64,000 nt of DNA from NCBI GenBank assembly GCA_030704615.1, contig CM060732.1, positions 29,016,001 through 29,080,000 of the forward strand, in the 5' to 3' direction. The notes under the pieces are model-generated. The model was not told where the DNA came from. It searched no databases and saw nothing but the letters and a program-made list of their open reading frames with translations. Of this stretch, positions 50,871 through 63,359 are shown piece by piece (position 1 is the first letter of the stretch; each line of letters opens with the position of its first letter). A program made the translations under genes and the position numbers. This DNA is from Takakia lepidozioides. Taxonomy: Eukaryota > Plantae > Bryophyta.

Positions 50871-52338
50871 AGATACCACTGCCAGGTTTGGGTCAATCCT
50901 GCCATCGACATTCGGAAGGTGACATGGCGCACAATTACGCACATGGTCCTTCCAAGTGATGCCATCCCGACCCTCCAAGACCAAGACGCCTGAGGGCAAG
51001 ACCTCTCGAACCCTCAAATAACACGTCCTGCAGTCACATCCAGGGTCGTAGGAGCAGTCTGCTGCAGATAGACATAGTCACCAGGGTTGAATCTCCGAAC
51101 CCCAGGACGATAGCCCCCACCACGTATGGTAGCATACCTCAACGTATCACGGTGTTGTGCAATGGCAAGGTTCTCGAAAGCCATAGGCATGACTCTCTTG
51201 AACAACTCTGCACGCTGCTCACATGCACGTGCCCCACACGTCCGGATCGTCAAGGTTAAGAACTGTAGCATAGCAGCTTCTCTGCGAATGGATGTAGGCA
51301 AATCCGGCTCTCGGCCAAGAGAAGAAAGTATGGTGAGAAGAGGCAAGTGATGCTTGCTTGCTGAACCTGTAGCCCATGGCTAACCAGGGTAACTGAAGGT
51401 CCCAATCTCCTAGGTGTCCCTTCTGCAAGCCATACTTGCGCAAACCCCTCTTCACTGTCTGAACAACTCTCTCTGCCAAGCCATCAGGCTTCAGGATGAT
51501 CCCGAGAAGTGGTGCGGTGGTCTATCAAGGCCTTGTCACACAAAGCCTGAAACTCCCCCAAGAACTCTCTCCCTTGGTCCGTGAGTACCTCAGCTGGAGC
51601 ACCGAATCGGCTAAGCACACAATCCAGGAATGCATACGCAGCTCCCTCACTAGCCTTATCAGGCAATGGAACCAATTCAATCCACTTGGAGAAGTGCTCC
51701 ACCATCACCAACACGTACTTGTTGTGGCGCATGGTCAGTGGCAACGGCCCTGCGAAGTCAAGACTCCACCTGTAGCCCAATCCCATGATCGGAAGAGGGT
51801 GCAATTGTGGAGTAGGGGCGTTGAATGAAGCACGCACCCTGTCACACACCATGCACCTAGCCACAAATTGTTGCACCTCTGTGTGCATACCACGCCACCA
51901 ATACTGCCCCTGCAGTAGACTATGAGTGCGTCGCACCCCAAAATGCCCCAACTCCTCATGGGCATGCCGCACTAACCGTGCCCGCTGTGTTGGGTGAGGC
52001 ACAATCCTCACTCGACCATCCTCCCACACTCGGAGCAGGTGTGTCCCCTCCCACCTGAACCTCTTGGCTCGTTGTAGGATCCGATCCCTCTCCTTGGCAG
52101 TCATAGTGGCTGCCGTGTCTCCACTGCGGAGGTAGTCCAACACAACTGAATCCTCATGTATATCTTTGGCGCCACCCTGCTCATTGCTGGCCTCAGGGTC
52201 CTCAGACACTTGATCTACAGTCATCCCTGTTGTAGGTCCAACCTGGCCTTCCGCTGCCAAGATACACAGAAATGCAGATGCATGCCATCCGGGCACCATC
52301 TCCTCGTCCGTCTCACCATGCCCGAGCTCCAGTGTCAT
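50870..52338 (-). CDS. Integrase (frameshifted)
   Basis: HHCC motif H..LGHFG...CMVCDR, plus WSLDFAGP, LTDQGREF and AERVVQTVK. Confidence 0.92.
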
Positions 52339-53720
52339 CCTGCTGGCTCGTGCATGGATTGCGACTCAACCCATCTGCATTTCGATTGACCAAACCCGGT
52401 CGATGCACCACCTGAAAGTCATACTCTTGAAGGATGAGTGCCCACCGTGCAAGCTTCCCCGTAAGCTTGTCTGACTCCATCAACCACTTGAGTGGTTGGT
52501 GATCCGTGACAAGGGTGAAGAGATTGCCGTATAGATAGCACCTGAAGTGTGCCACGGCCCACACTGCAGCTAAGCATTCTCCCTCATATGAGCTATACTT
52601 AGACTCTGCAGCATTGTTCGAGCGACTAGCATAAGCCACTACGAACTCTCTTCCCTCATCATCCACCTGTGTGAGCACCGCTCCAAGCCCCAGCATGCTC
52701 CAATCTGTATGCAGCTGAAAAGGACGCCCCCTGATAGGTCGTCTCAAGATAGGCGCCGAGGTCAACCTCGCCTTGAGCTCTTGAAAAGCTTGTTCTTGCT
52801 CATCTTCCCACTGCCACTCCTGGTCCACCTTGGTCAGCTTGGTTAGAGCCTTTGCAATGGCACTAAATCCCTTAACAAACCGTCTGTAATAGTTTGCTAA
52901 CCCCATGAAAGCTCGAACTCGGCTCACATCCGTGGGGTGGAACCTGTGCAATGGACTCTACCTTAGTCTGCTGTACCCCCAATCCTCCAGGATATATCAT
53001 GTGACCCAGGTACTCAATCTGGTTGTGGAAAAACTTGCACTTGCCCGGATGTAACTTCAATCCGTGCGTCCTCAAGCGCTCAAATACCCCTGAAGGTGTC
53101 TCTCATGCTCCTCCACCGTAGCACTAAAGATGATGATGTCATCTATGTAGCACCGAGCAAACTCCACCCCTGCTAGAATCCTGTCCATGACTCTTTGAAA
53201 CTCAGCGGGAGCGTTTTTAAGCCCAAATGGTAAGAATCGCCACTGGTATAGGCAATCCTTCCGTGCTCATTGATCCCCCAGAATGCCGTCTTTTGCTTAT
53301 CCGCCTCCTTGATCGGCAACTGGTGATATCCGGATCGTAAATCCAACGTGCTAAAGACCTTGGAATGCCCAATGGCATCAAAGATCTCCTCTGGTGTTGG
53401 CATGGCATACCTATCGGACTTGGTCTGACGATTTACAGGCCGGTAATCACCGCACATACGTCTCTCCGTCCAATTGCCATAGACATCCTTCTTAGCTGGC
53501 ATCACTGTGGCTGAAGCATACTCTCCACCAGAGAGCTCCACCAAACCTGCCTCCCAGAGATCTTGAGTCCTCATCTGAATCAAAGACCTCTCCATGTCAC
53601 TGTATCTATAGGGTCTCCGAAAGATTGGCGTGTCAGTGGCCAACTCAATACGGATCTCTTGACCCTTCAGTGCTCCCAAGTCCTTCAAACTGAAGGCAAA
53701 GCAATTCCTGTAAGCCCTCA
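52313..53720 (-). CDS. Reverse transcriptase and RNase H (frameshifted)
   Basis: RMCGDYR, LDLRSGYHQ, YIDD near 53140, LHTDWS and YASRS...YEGECLA...TDHQPL. Confidence 0.93.
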
Positions 53721-54149
53721 GGAACCGCCGTATACGTCGTCTCTCTCCTCCGGTGACAATGGGTCCAATATCAGGCTCCCAATTGTCCTCCGTAACTGCA
53801 ACCTTAAGTCCAGTGGGCTTAGAGGTAGAGGACGCGTCCCGTGGTTGCTATGCTGCAACCTCTTGAGCAGTACCCCTTCCTGCTCAGTCAATGACAAGGC
53901 CTCATCCTGCCCCATCATCTCATCATTGAGAACCTCCTCATCCCGAGAAGAATCCCCAACCTCATCCATCACAGCTGCCTTCGCTGCCAACTCCCTCTGA
54001 ACCTCGAGCACCTCCCACATGTGCCATGGATGTCTACACCTCGTGGTCCTCACCGGCTCGCCCCCACTCGCTGCCTGTACCGTCTCGGTAGGCAGAGAGA
54101 CCATCAAGGGAAGTGCACTCCGCACTCTACGTTGCTCAGCCATAGCCAA

Positions 54150-55100
54150 GCTGACAATCCAGGTCAAGCAATTGAGATCCATTGCTTGCCCCAACACCTG
54201 ACGACGTGATGCTTCAGAAAGAGAAGGCACCGCCGTGGTCCCAGTGGAAAACCCCATAGCCCGCTCTCGCTCGTCGGCATTAGGCTCCACTAACTGCTGC
54301 AACTGAGCATCCCACAGGAGGCCAGGTCCACCATCCCGAAAAGCATGGGATCCTGGGAAGCTGAGCAGTGTAGGTAATGCTGCTCGTGGTTGACCCACCC
54401 TATTGACCACTGCCAAAGGCGAACGGTCATCGTGTCTCACACGTTGAGACTGCCTTCCTGTGTCCAAAATGCCATCCACGGTGAGGTGTGCTGGCCGCTG
54501 CACCCCATCAAATGCACGCTTGAGCAGTGCGGGTGGCATCAAGTTAGTCCACCATAGTCGTGGACGATGAGCCCGTGACCCCACTGCAGCTGCATCCAGC
54601 AACACTGCTGACCCAAGCCACGACCGGACTTGATGCACACTGGCCATCACCCTGGCCCGAGAATCACCATCAGTGGTACATTCTCCAAGATGTATGCTGG
54701 AGATACAGCTTGATGAAGCTGCAAGCACGCAAAATCCGCACCATCTCCCAAAACAGACCCGTCCTCGAGTCTCGTAATCCATTGCCATGCCCGGCTGATG
54801 AATGCCCTTGGCAGGGCCAACCTGCCACTATCAGATCAATAGAGCCAACCTGCTCCAAATCTTGCGCCCCCAACAAGGAAATGTCTGCTGGCAAGGCTTG
54901 TTGGTATCCACGAACTGCAGACACAGGCAACAAGTCAGGGTACTGCTGTACCAACTGAGCCACATGGCGCAGTGAGACGCGTCGTGCAGTCTCATCCCTC
55001 TCCACATACAGGTAACGCCTTACCGCACACCTGCCTGTAGCACAGCAGCCAATCCGGTGCTGATCCCGCCAAACAAGTCCAGAAGGCAAATGCCTTCATC
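54150..55100 (-). CDS. DNMT3-like C5 cytosine methyltransferase domain within Pol (frameshifted)
   Basis: Motif I LDLFGGISTG; II YVERD; IV AGWPCQG (54808-54816); VI ILENVP (54677-54685); VIII AHRPRLWWTN; IX ERERAMGF; X RRQVLGQA. Confidence 0.88.
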
Positions 55101-55453
55101 CGGCCGCTGCCATACAAGAGGTGTGGTGTCCAATGGCGACAACTGAGGTGGCCCTGGTGCAATCACCGAACTCTCCTCCTCTCCTGACGGTACAAAAGCT
55201 TCTTCCCAAGCTTGTTGCACCCGTCCATCAGCAGCTTGCTGCAAATCTTTGCTCGTACCCCACAACGGGGTGTGAGCAACCATGGCAGGCAACTCCGCCG
55301 TACCATGCATGTCATCCTGCTCTGCTGGAGGTGGCACATCCTCTGCATGGACATTGCCTTCCAGCAACTCTCCAGGCCAACTAACGGCAGCTGTGAAGGC
55401 GGCTAGTGTTGGCATCTGGCCCCGCTGGGCAGCTGCAATACCCCCAATGAATG

Positions 55454-57852
55454 TCACAGGGAGCTGTGCACGGCGACCATCCCCTGACTGCCATCCAGGC
55501 CTGTAGGATGCTGACTCCTCCCAGAAATCCAGGGTGAAGCCCATGGGGTATAACACTGCCCACCAACGAGGACATCGTAAGAGACCGCGTCTGTCACAAT
55601 GGCCTTGGCTCGCATCACTGAGCCATCTACAGGATGATCCGGCTGCAGTCTAATAGCCAACTGATGTCGTGTCATGCCGCGAGCCTGCTCTGATCCTCCC
55701 AGAGATGTCTGTATCTGGAAAGGACAAGGCTCCATATCCGCCTCCATGAGGCCCAAACCTGCAATAGCAGCTCTGCCCAACATCAGTGGCTGAGCTCCTG
55801 AGTCCAACAAGACCCGCAGTGGCCGGTACTTCTTGCCTGCCGGTCCACTCAAAGTGAAAATGCCTCCCTGGTTGTCTAACAAGACAACTCCAGGTGTCAC
55901 CATGGCGCGCTCAATGGCTGGCCTAGCTGGCAGCTCCGTCAACCTAGTAGCTGCAGCTTGCCAGGGCGCTGCCGTGGCAGTCTTGACCCTCAAATCCGAG
56001 GATCCCTCTGCCACTACACCTTCCACTAACTCCGCAGAAGATGAAGTGACCTCCCACTCTCACAGAGTGTTGCTGCTAGTCTGAACACTGCAGCTGGTCT
56101 CACCCCCGGCGTCGCAATCATTGTTGCCGAGAACAGTGGGGCCTGACACACAGAGGTGGCTGCCCCCAATAACACACCGGCCGCACTAGCCTTGGCAGCA
56201 GGAGTCAATGCTGCACGTGTAGCTCTCCCCAATGGCATAGTAACCTCCGCCTCGGTAACAGTCGGGCGAGAACTAGGTGCCATGGATGGCGTTGACACAG
56301 TCTCCGCCAATGTGAATGACTGAGGAAGCCTTGCCTGACGGCTTGCCTCCCCACGCTGTGGATCCAATTCCACCTCTGCACCTCGTGGCTCAGGAACTCG
56401 TGCTGCTCCTCGAGTCACGGCTGCAGCAGACTCCACCTGCTCTAGTGGTAGTGCTGCTCCGCACATAAATCCCATGCCTCCCATATCTCCTCCCTCAGGA
56501 GCAGGAGGTGGACCATCCCGCCTGGGAGCCGGTACCGCCTGAGCTATAGCCATGGCAGCGAGCCTCTGCTCTAGCTGCTGAAGCCGGTTGGCCATGCCTT
56601 GATCAACGCCCTGACCTCCGCGTCCTTGGCCATGTTGAGCTTGCCCTTGGCCTGCACCTCGTGCCCGACCACCTCGTCCTCTCTGGGCTGGTCCACCTCG
56701 CCCCGGCCACCATTGTTCCCTTGGAACTGGCCCTGGGCGCAACTCAGGATGTAAGTCAACACTGGGCATCTCCATGCCATATTTGCCACAATGCCCACAC
56801 TGCAACTGTGCAGGCTGTGCTTGTGCCGGCCTTCTGCCACTCTCTGGGCAATTCTCTTTGACATGGGGTCCTCCACTGTCCAACATATCACCCCTGGTTG
56901 CTGTTGGCCTGCAAAAGATGCACGGGCCTTTGCACCTGAGGCCCCCTGTAAGCTCCATGGAACTTGGGCTGGGCAACCTGCCCCCCTGTCCCGCTGTTGG
57001 GCAGTCCCTTGTGCTTGTGGGCTGACAGCTGTGCCCCGTACAGGCATGTCCTTGCCAAATCCAATTGTAACAACTCGTTCCTCCACCATGTTGAGCTCAA
57101 TCCGCTCAGCCAGCAGAAACACATCTGCTAATGTGGGTTGGGCTGCTTGTAACAGGGTTGCATCTCGCACCCTTCTCTTGAGCTCCTTGTCCAGAATTCC
57201 ATACCAAACTGGATTGCCTGAGCTTCAGTAACCCCTTGGGTCACACTTATCAAGCGCCTCATACGAGTGTACGCCTCTCGCAGGCTCTCACTGGGTTTGC
57301 GCTGGAAGTCTTGCAAACTTCGTAGCTTCTCTGTCCGTACACCTTGGTAGTTCCTCCGCAACTCCTGGAAGAACTCCACCACCGGTTGAATCTAGGCACA
57401 TGTGTTGTAGCTGTGGCAGGAGGAGTAGTAGCACCTTCTGAACTGGTACCACCTGCAGAAGTACCAGCACTACCTGCTCCACTACTAGTGCTGGCAGTGG
57501 GAGCTATTGGTACTGATGCAGCTACTGGTCGCGTCATGCCTCGAGTAATGGAGATGTAGTCAGGTGACCAATACATCCTCCACTCCTCAATCTCTGCTTC
57601 ATGTCCTCGCCTGAACTCGTGGTAATCGTCCATAGGCGGGCCTTCCAAATGCTGGAACAGTCCCTTCCACGCCATGAATGGGGTGAATAGATGTGGATTG
57701 CGCATCTGCTGCAAATCACACCAGCTGTCGAACTCCTGGATAAAGTCATCCAACTCGATTGTGCCCACAGCTCCAGAGTACCTACGAGGCCCCTTGGTAG
57801 CTCCATACATCTCCTCCATGTCGTCCCACAACAATGGCGAATGAAAGTGCAC
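55454..57852 (-). CDS. Gag (capsid, Zn knuckles) and aspartic protease (frameshifted)
   Basis: RRYSG...LDDFIQEFD, LQDFQRKPSESLREAYTRM, CGHCGKYG and VLLDSGAQ...DVLVG. Confidence 0.85.
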
Positions 57853-58548
57853 ACCTGTGATGAAGCCTCCGAGCCTGTGTCTGACTCTACAGTAATTGAG
57901 GGGGGCGGTGAAGGTGGTCTGAACCGAATACCTCGTCTTGTGAACCCACTCTCACTGTTACTGCCTGTAGCCGTACTCCCCTCAAAACCCTTGGTAACTC
58001 CGTAATGACACTCACAATGTGCACCTCCTCCAGTGACACTATAAGGCTCTAGTACTAATCTAATAGTGACACGGGTGGGCACCTGTTGCAGTCTAAGGGT
58101 CATATCCCAATGGCTCAGGGCACCTGCACCTGCATCCACCGCAAGAACTCCTATGGTTGGCTGGTCATCAACCCAGCCTCACCATAGAAGAAACACTGGT
58201 GGTCTTGCTGGTCATCACTCCAGCCTCACCACCGACAGCATACTCTAGGATTGACCGGTGATCAAATCCGGCCTAATCCCTATGAAAGCAAGCGCCCACA
58301 CAAAACCAACATGGCGCACAGTCAAGCATGCAGGTGTTGGGGGGATCCAACACAAGAAATCAAAACATCAACACCCCCACACCAAAATCCAGCAGCAACG
58401 TTGATCCTGCAGAATATCCCAGCCCAAGACCCCGGACTGACTGGCCTCCACCAGAGAGGCTTTGGCAACTACAAGTACAAGGTAATGAAAATAGTACAGA
58501 GATGGAGGGGAAGAATAGAAGCCCGCCCCAGCAAGATCTAACCCTGAT

Positions 58549-59387
58549 CTATGCTATCAACTTCCAGACTTCTCTCAAAGTACCTCGCTCTGCTTGATGG
58601 TAAGGTGTAGGAGGTATATCTATGTCCAGAAACCTGCCACTAACCTTGTCCCAAGCTACAGTAGCTCGCTCTAACCAACCCTCCTCCTCTTTCTGCCAGG
58701 TAGAGACAAAGCAACACTCTGCTATCTCCCGCTCACTGAACACTAAAGAAAACAAAGGTAGGGTCTGATAGTCTCTCAACTCGAAAGCTTTGAGACGGTT
58801 GCGGGTGTCTTCATTGCGAATGACTGCATCGCCTTCAAACAGAACAAACTTGTCCTCGCTAATGAACCCCCGCTCGTGGTTGCCTTGTGCAGAGCGTGTC
58901 CGACTGCAACACTGTCTAATTGCACAAACTTGTGCAGCTCCTGCTCCTCTGCTCCAGTACACGGCACGGCCTTGTGGCTGAACACCTTGGTCCCCGGTGC
59001 TGTCTTTGGCTGTGTTCCAAGCCTAGCTTTCACCCACTTTGGTATTTCACCTACAGCTGCAGAACTGCTGGCTCCAACAGAGTTCTGACTGTCCAAGGCG
59101 ATATTGAGGCCCTCAATGCCAACTACAGCAGTCTGTTGTCTACTGCTAATGCCTGACTCCCAGTATGCAATCAACTCGTCCAACTGTTCTCCACTCAAAT
59201 CAGTCTGAGTTCCTTGGGAAACATAAATCCTGTCCCCTTGTGTGCACAGGCTAAGAGAAGAGACCTGCCCTTCAATTACGTCCTCATTTCCCCCAGCCAT
59301 GCAAGGAGTACATCCACAGGTTTGTCTCTCATATAGGCCAGCACAGGTTCTAGAAACATGATTGTGGATATTTCGTGGCACACTCAC
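58549..59387 (-). CDS. Unknown ORF0 upstream of gag (two overlapping frames)
   Basis: 203-aa and 137-aa overlapping ORFs co-oriented with gag-pol. No recognised motif. Confidence 0.45.
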
Positions 59388-59713
59388 ACTCTAAAAATTC
59401 CATAGATTTTTAGCAGAGTCCCAAAAAACAAACCAGGTCTAGATAGGTAGATTTCCCCTTTCTGCAGCTATCCCCTCAAAAACTGTGTCAAACAGAGTTC
59501 ATTTGACAAAGATATGACCAATTTGGCTTTACATCATTTAAATTAGATCAAAATGCCCTGTTTTTTTTTTTTGAAGGTTTTCAAATTTAAAAATTTAAAG
59601 TTACCCAAACTATCTGGTAACTGGTTCCCAGTTCCCTACGTTCTATATGGTTTCCCAGGTTCCCTGGCCACGTGCCCTATAATTCGCACCTTGCTCCAGT
59701 CTTCTGCATACCG

Positions 59714-59738
59714 AGAGTGAGAGAGAGAGAGAGAGAGG
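59714..59738. repeat. (GA)n microsatellite
   Basis: Direct GA run. Confidence 0.9.
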
Positions 59739-60125
59739 GAATTGTGGCACTCAGTAGTGTCTTGTTGTGAAAGAGAGTGGATTCCGTGATTGCTTGCAGG
59801 CTTGCGCACCAAGAGAGGGGAGGAAAGACATGTTTATGGACATGTTTATGGACGCCATGTACAGGCGAGGGGTCACTCACAGTCTGCTCGAGGCCTTGGT
59901 GGCTAACGATAAATCACTGAGGAGGATTACCAGCGGGAAGCACTGGACTTTGTGCTGGAGCTTGCGGGTCCCGGCCCATTCCAGTTACGGGGGAGAAAGC
60001 CCTGGCTCCTGAATCGCCCGTCTATCCCCAGCGTAGCTCGGCTCCGCCGTTCCCAAACCCGTCGTCTCCATCCTGCAGCTGAAACTCTAGCACTTTTGTG
60101 AATGTGAACTGCTTACTGCAGGGAA

Positions 60126-60870
60126 GTGGTGTATGGAGCATTCGAGTCCATAGATGCAACACCGCTTGATCAGGTCATCAACGATGCAATTGACTGGAGT
60201 TTCCGTAAGCAGAATCCAGAGGACTATTGGGCGGGCCAGGTCGAATCAAGCTGTACAATGGAAGCGGAGTGGATTCTGGCTATGCATTTCCTGGGCGTTA
60301 CAGATGACCCAAAGAAAGAAAAAGTCGTGCGTTGCATTCGGAGCCTGCAAAGAACTGACGGATCCTGGGACACTTATCATGAAGCTCCTGCAGGTGACCT
60401 TAGCACCACCGTCAAGTGTTATGTGGCCTTAAAAGCGTCAGGATCCCAACCCAATGAAGCATCCATGGTAGCAGCTCGAAAATGGATTTCTGAACATGGT
60501 GGACTTCAATCTTTACGACTTTAGCTGCTGGGCAAGGGAAACAGTCATCCCCCTGACCATCCTTTCTGCTCGGCGCCCAGTACGTCCGCTGCCGCTCGAC
60601 TTTTGTTGTCATGAGCTCCATGAACCAGAGGACATGAAACAACATCAAAGCAAGAAAACTACTCTTTCAAATCTCGCCAGACATGTCTGTGAAAGTTTAT
60701 TCCTCTACTTCGACAAGTTCCTCATATGGTATGGTAAGAGCCGTTCCAAGCCTGGCCGTGAGGTGGCCATCGTATGCTGCTTGGCCTGGATCCTTTGGTG
60801 ACAAGATTCTGACGGCACTTGTTGTGGTGTACAACCTCCTTGGGTGTACTCGTTGATGGCGTTGAGCTAT
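60126..60870 (+). pseudogene. shc: Squalene-hopene cyclase N-terminal remnant
   Basis: Q..EDYW, ESSCTMEAEWILAMHFLG, QRTDGSW..Y..AP.GDLSTTVKCY.ALK, FNLYDFSCWARETVIPLTIL and QDSDG..CGVQPPWVYSLMAL. Internal deletion/frameshift near 60505; the catalytic C-terminal half is absent. Confidence 0.88.
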
Positions 60871-62428
60871 ATATCGCCTGCTTACTGTAGGGAATCAGGC
60901 CAGAATACGTTCGTCGTTCGTTTCTGCTGAATTGGTCAGAAGACAATTCCAAGCCCGGAACCTAGGGCGCATACAATGCAGCAACCCCAAGAACGGAAAG
61001 CGCAAAGTTCTGCTGTTGCGAGGCTCCATAGCAACCATATACACGGAACTCCATCCTCTGCGCATTGCGAAGAGGATGCCGCTTTTCTGCTCCATAGCCC
61101 TGCCCCTTAACCGCTGCATGGCGCTCTTGCATGATCAAAGCAAATGATTGACAAAGAAGCTGAAGCTAAATTTTGGTCCAAGACCAACCCCGATACAAAA
61201 ATCAATTGCAACAGCAGGCTCCTCTATAGGCTTACTGGTGAAACGATCATCCAGCTTCAAGGATCATGCATAGGTGCCAACTAGCATTTGCTGCTGCATT
61301 TTTAAGTATCTCCTTGTGTACCCCAAAGCCTCTAGTGACTTGGTAGCTTCAGCGACTGCAATAACAATGGCGGCTCTGGCATCGTCATCCTCCAGGCGTT
61401 TCAGGGCACGCTGAATCTTGTGGTCACATTCAATGATATGCTTCTCAAACTAATCACTACTTATACGCAGGTAATCTTGCAAGTGCTAACCCTCAACTCC
61501 TACCTTGCACTCACAGGTAAGAGCTCATCTTTCTCGAGTGATAGAAATCCATCGAACACACTGTGACACAAAACATGAAAACCAAACCATCACTCTTAGA
61601 AAATAGTAGTCGAGCCAGGGGCACCCCAAGCTATGGGGACTCCACCCCACAACAACCTGTACCCCTACATACGCACACTCAAATCTAAACACATGCAGGA
61701 GCTCGGTCGCGCAGGCTCAACTCGAGAAAGATGAGCCGCGCGACTGCCGCTCTCGTGAAGATAAGACGGACCAGGTGTCAAACTAAACTTGACACCTGAT
61801 TTAACACTTGACCTAAATCCAAGTGTTAAATACAAATAACTAGTTTTATTCTAGCTGTTTTCACACTGTGCTTATTTAACTTGACAGTTAGGTACCTGCA
61901 ATGGAGGCAGGAGGTCAGTTTGACAGCATAGGCCGATTCTTATTTTTTATTTTATTTCTAATATAGCGTGCCTAAAATTTGCTAGCAGCAATTATAATTA
62001 ATATAGCCTGCAAGAAAATATAGCATTTTATAAATTTATGTAAATATAGGGTGGCCGATAAAGACCAAAATTAAAATAATACCCCCCTATAAAACATTTT
62101 TTTTGCACGTGGTATATAAAAGATATAGGGAGTGACCTCCTCGAGTAGGTGAGCCATCATCATGGCCCATAGACCTTAGGTTCGGTTCCCAAAAATTAGA
62201 CTCAATTATTTATTTTACGTGGAATATTATGCATTGGCCAATTAAAGGAGTAGTCGCCAACAACTACAACGATTGCGGGGAGTGGGAAACCGTTGCCGCA
62301 CCCATTTTCGGGCTCGTGCATAGAGACAACACAATAGAGAGGAGGCAAAGTGATGGCAACGTCTATTTAGGGCTACGTTTTTGTTTTGACAGCTCACATT
62401 CTCAACATTTTCTCTGTTTAGCTCATAC

Positions 62429-63038
62429 GATGGAAACAGCCCATCTTGACGCAGGTAACGGCAATCCTCTGGCGCAGGAAACTGAGGAAGGCTGGTTTAG
62501 CGGTCTCCGAATGATGAGGGGATAGCTACGGAGGAATGTACGACTGAAATAGGCGATTCGCATGATGTTAATGTTGAAGCAGCTGACATTCCTGCTGTGG
62601 AGGGCGACATGGGGGCAGGCCTGCCTCCCCTCAGCTGCTATATATCTCCAAATACGCCAAAGCGATCGCCGAGTGCATTGCATTTTCAAAATGTGGAGTG
62701 CCTTGGATTCGGAGTCGTCAGAAGACTCCTCCGACAATAAGGACCATGAGGAAGCTGGGAAGTACCCTGTAGATGCCTTTGAAGAATTGGAGGTTGATGA
62801 GCAAGACGACTTCCATTGGATCGGTGCTTCCATGGACTTCTTTCAGACTTCTGCTCCACAGTTTGTTTTGACGGCGAAAACAGACACATCGGACTCATGC
62901 ACTATCTGCCTAGAGTTGGCACAATCGGGAAACTCTATATGCACGCTCAGTGTATGCTTCCACTCCTTCCACAGTACATGCATAGACATCTGGGTTCAGC
63001 TGAACGGCACATGCCCTCTGTGCCGGCGTACATTGTGA
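62429..63038 (+). CDS. RING-H2 zinc-finger protein (E3 ligase-like), possibly pseudogene
   Basis: CTICLE...CFHSFHSTCID.W....TCPLC. The same frame has two TAG stops upstream (~62523, ~62550). Confidence 0.8.
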
Positions 63039-63359
63039 GAAAGAAGTTCGAATTGCATTTTTATGTTGAATTGTGTTTCCCGGCTGTTTGTTGAGGGCCT
63101 CACTGTCTTGTTTACAGCTTTCCTTTGTATGAAAGCTTCCCACAACCATTATACATTATATTTAAAGTCTATGGCTCGGGATTTTGTGGCCTCTGGCTAA
63201 AGCACCATTTCATTTCATTTCTGTCGTTTGTTTTCATTTTGTCCCATCAGCTCTTTGCACTTTCCGCGCACGTTATGAGGTAACAAAAGAGAAAAGTAAC
63301 TACCGGCAGTGGCATGCACACGTTGGATCTCTTCAACTGCCACAAAAGTGTCTCTCTAT

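Larger units (their letters stand above)
50370..59680 (-). mobile_element. Ty3/gypsy LTR retrotransposon encoding a C5 DNA methyltransferase and a PHD finger
   Basis: Domain order on the minus strand: ORF0, Gag, Zn knuckles, protease (LLDSGA), DNMT, RT, RNase H, integrase, PHD, PPT, 85-bp LTR. The 5' LTR was not found, so the 5' boundary is approximate. Confidence 0.92.

Noticed and set aside
50614-58541. Many plus-strand ORFs opposite the gypsy polyprotein
   Set aside because: These are antisense shadows of GC-rich coding sequence with no motifs.
61750-61930. Small inverted repeat (CAGGTGTCAA...TTGACACCTG), possible MITE
   Set aside because: Boundaries and a TSD could not be defined.
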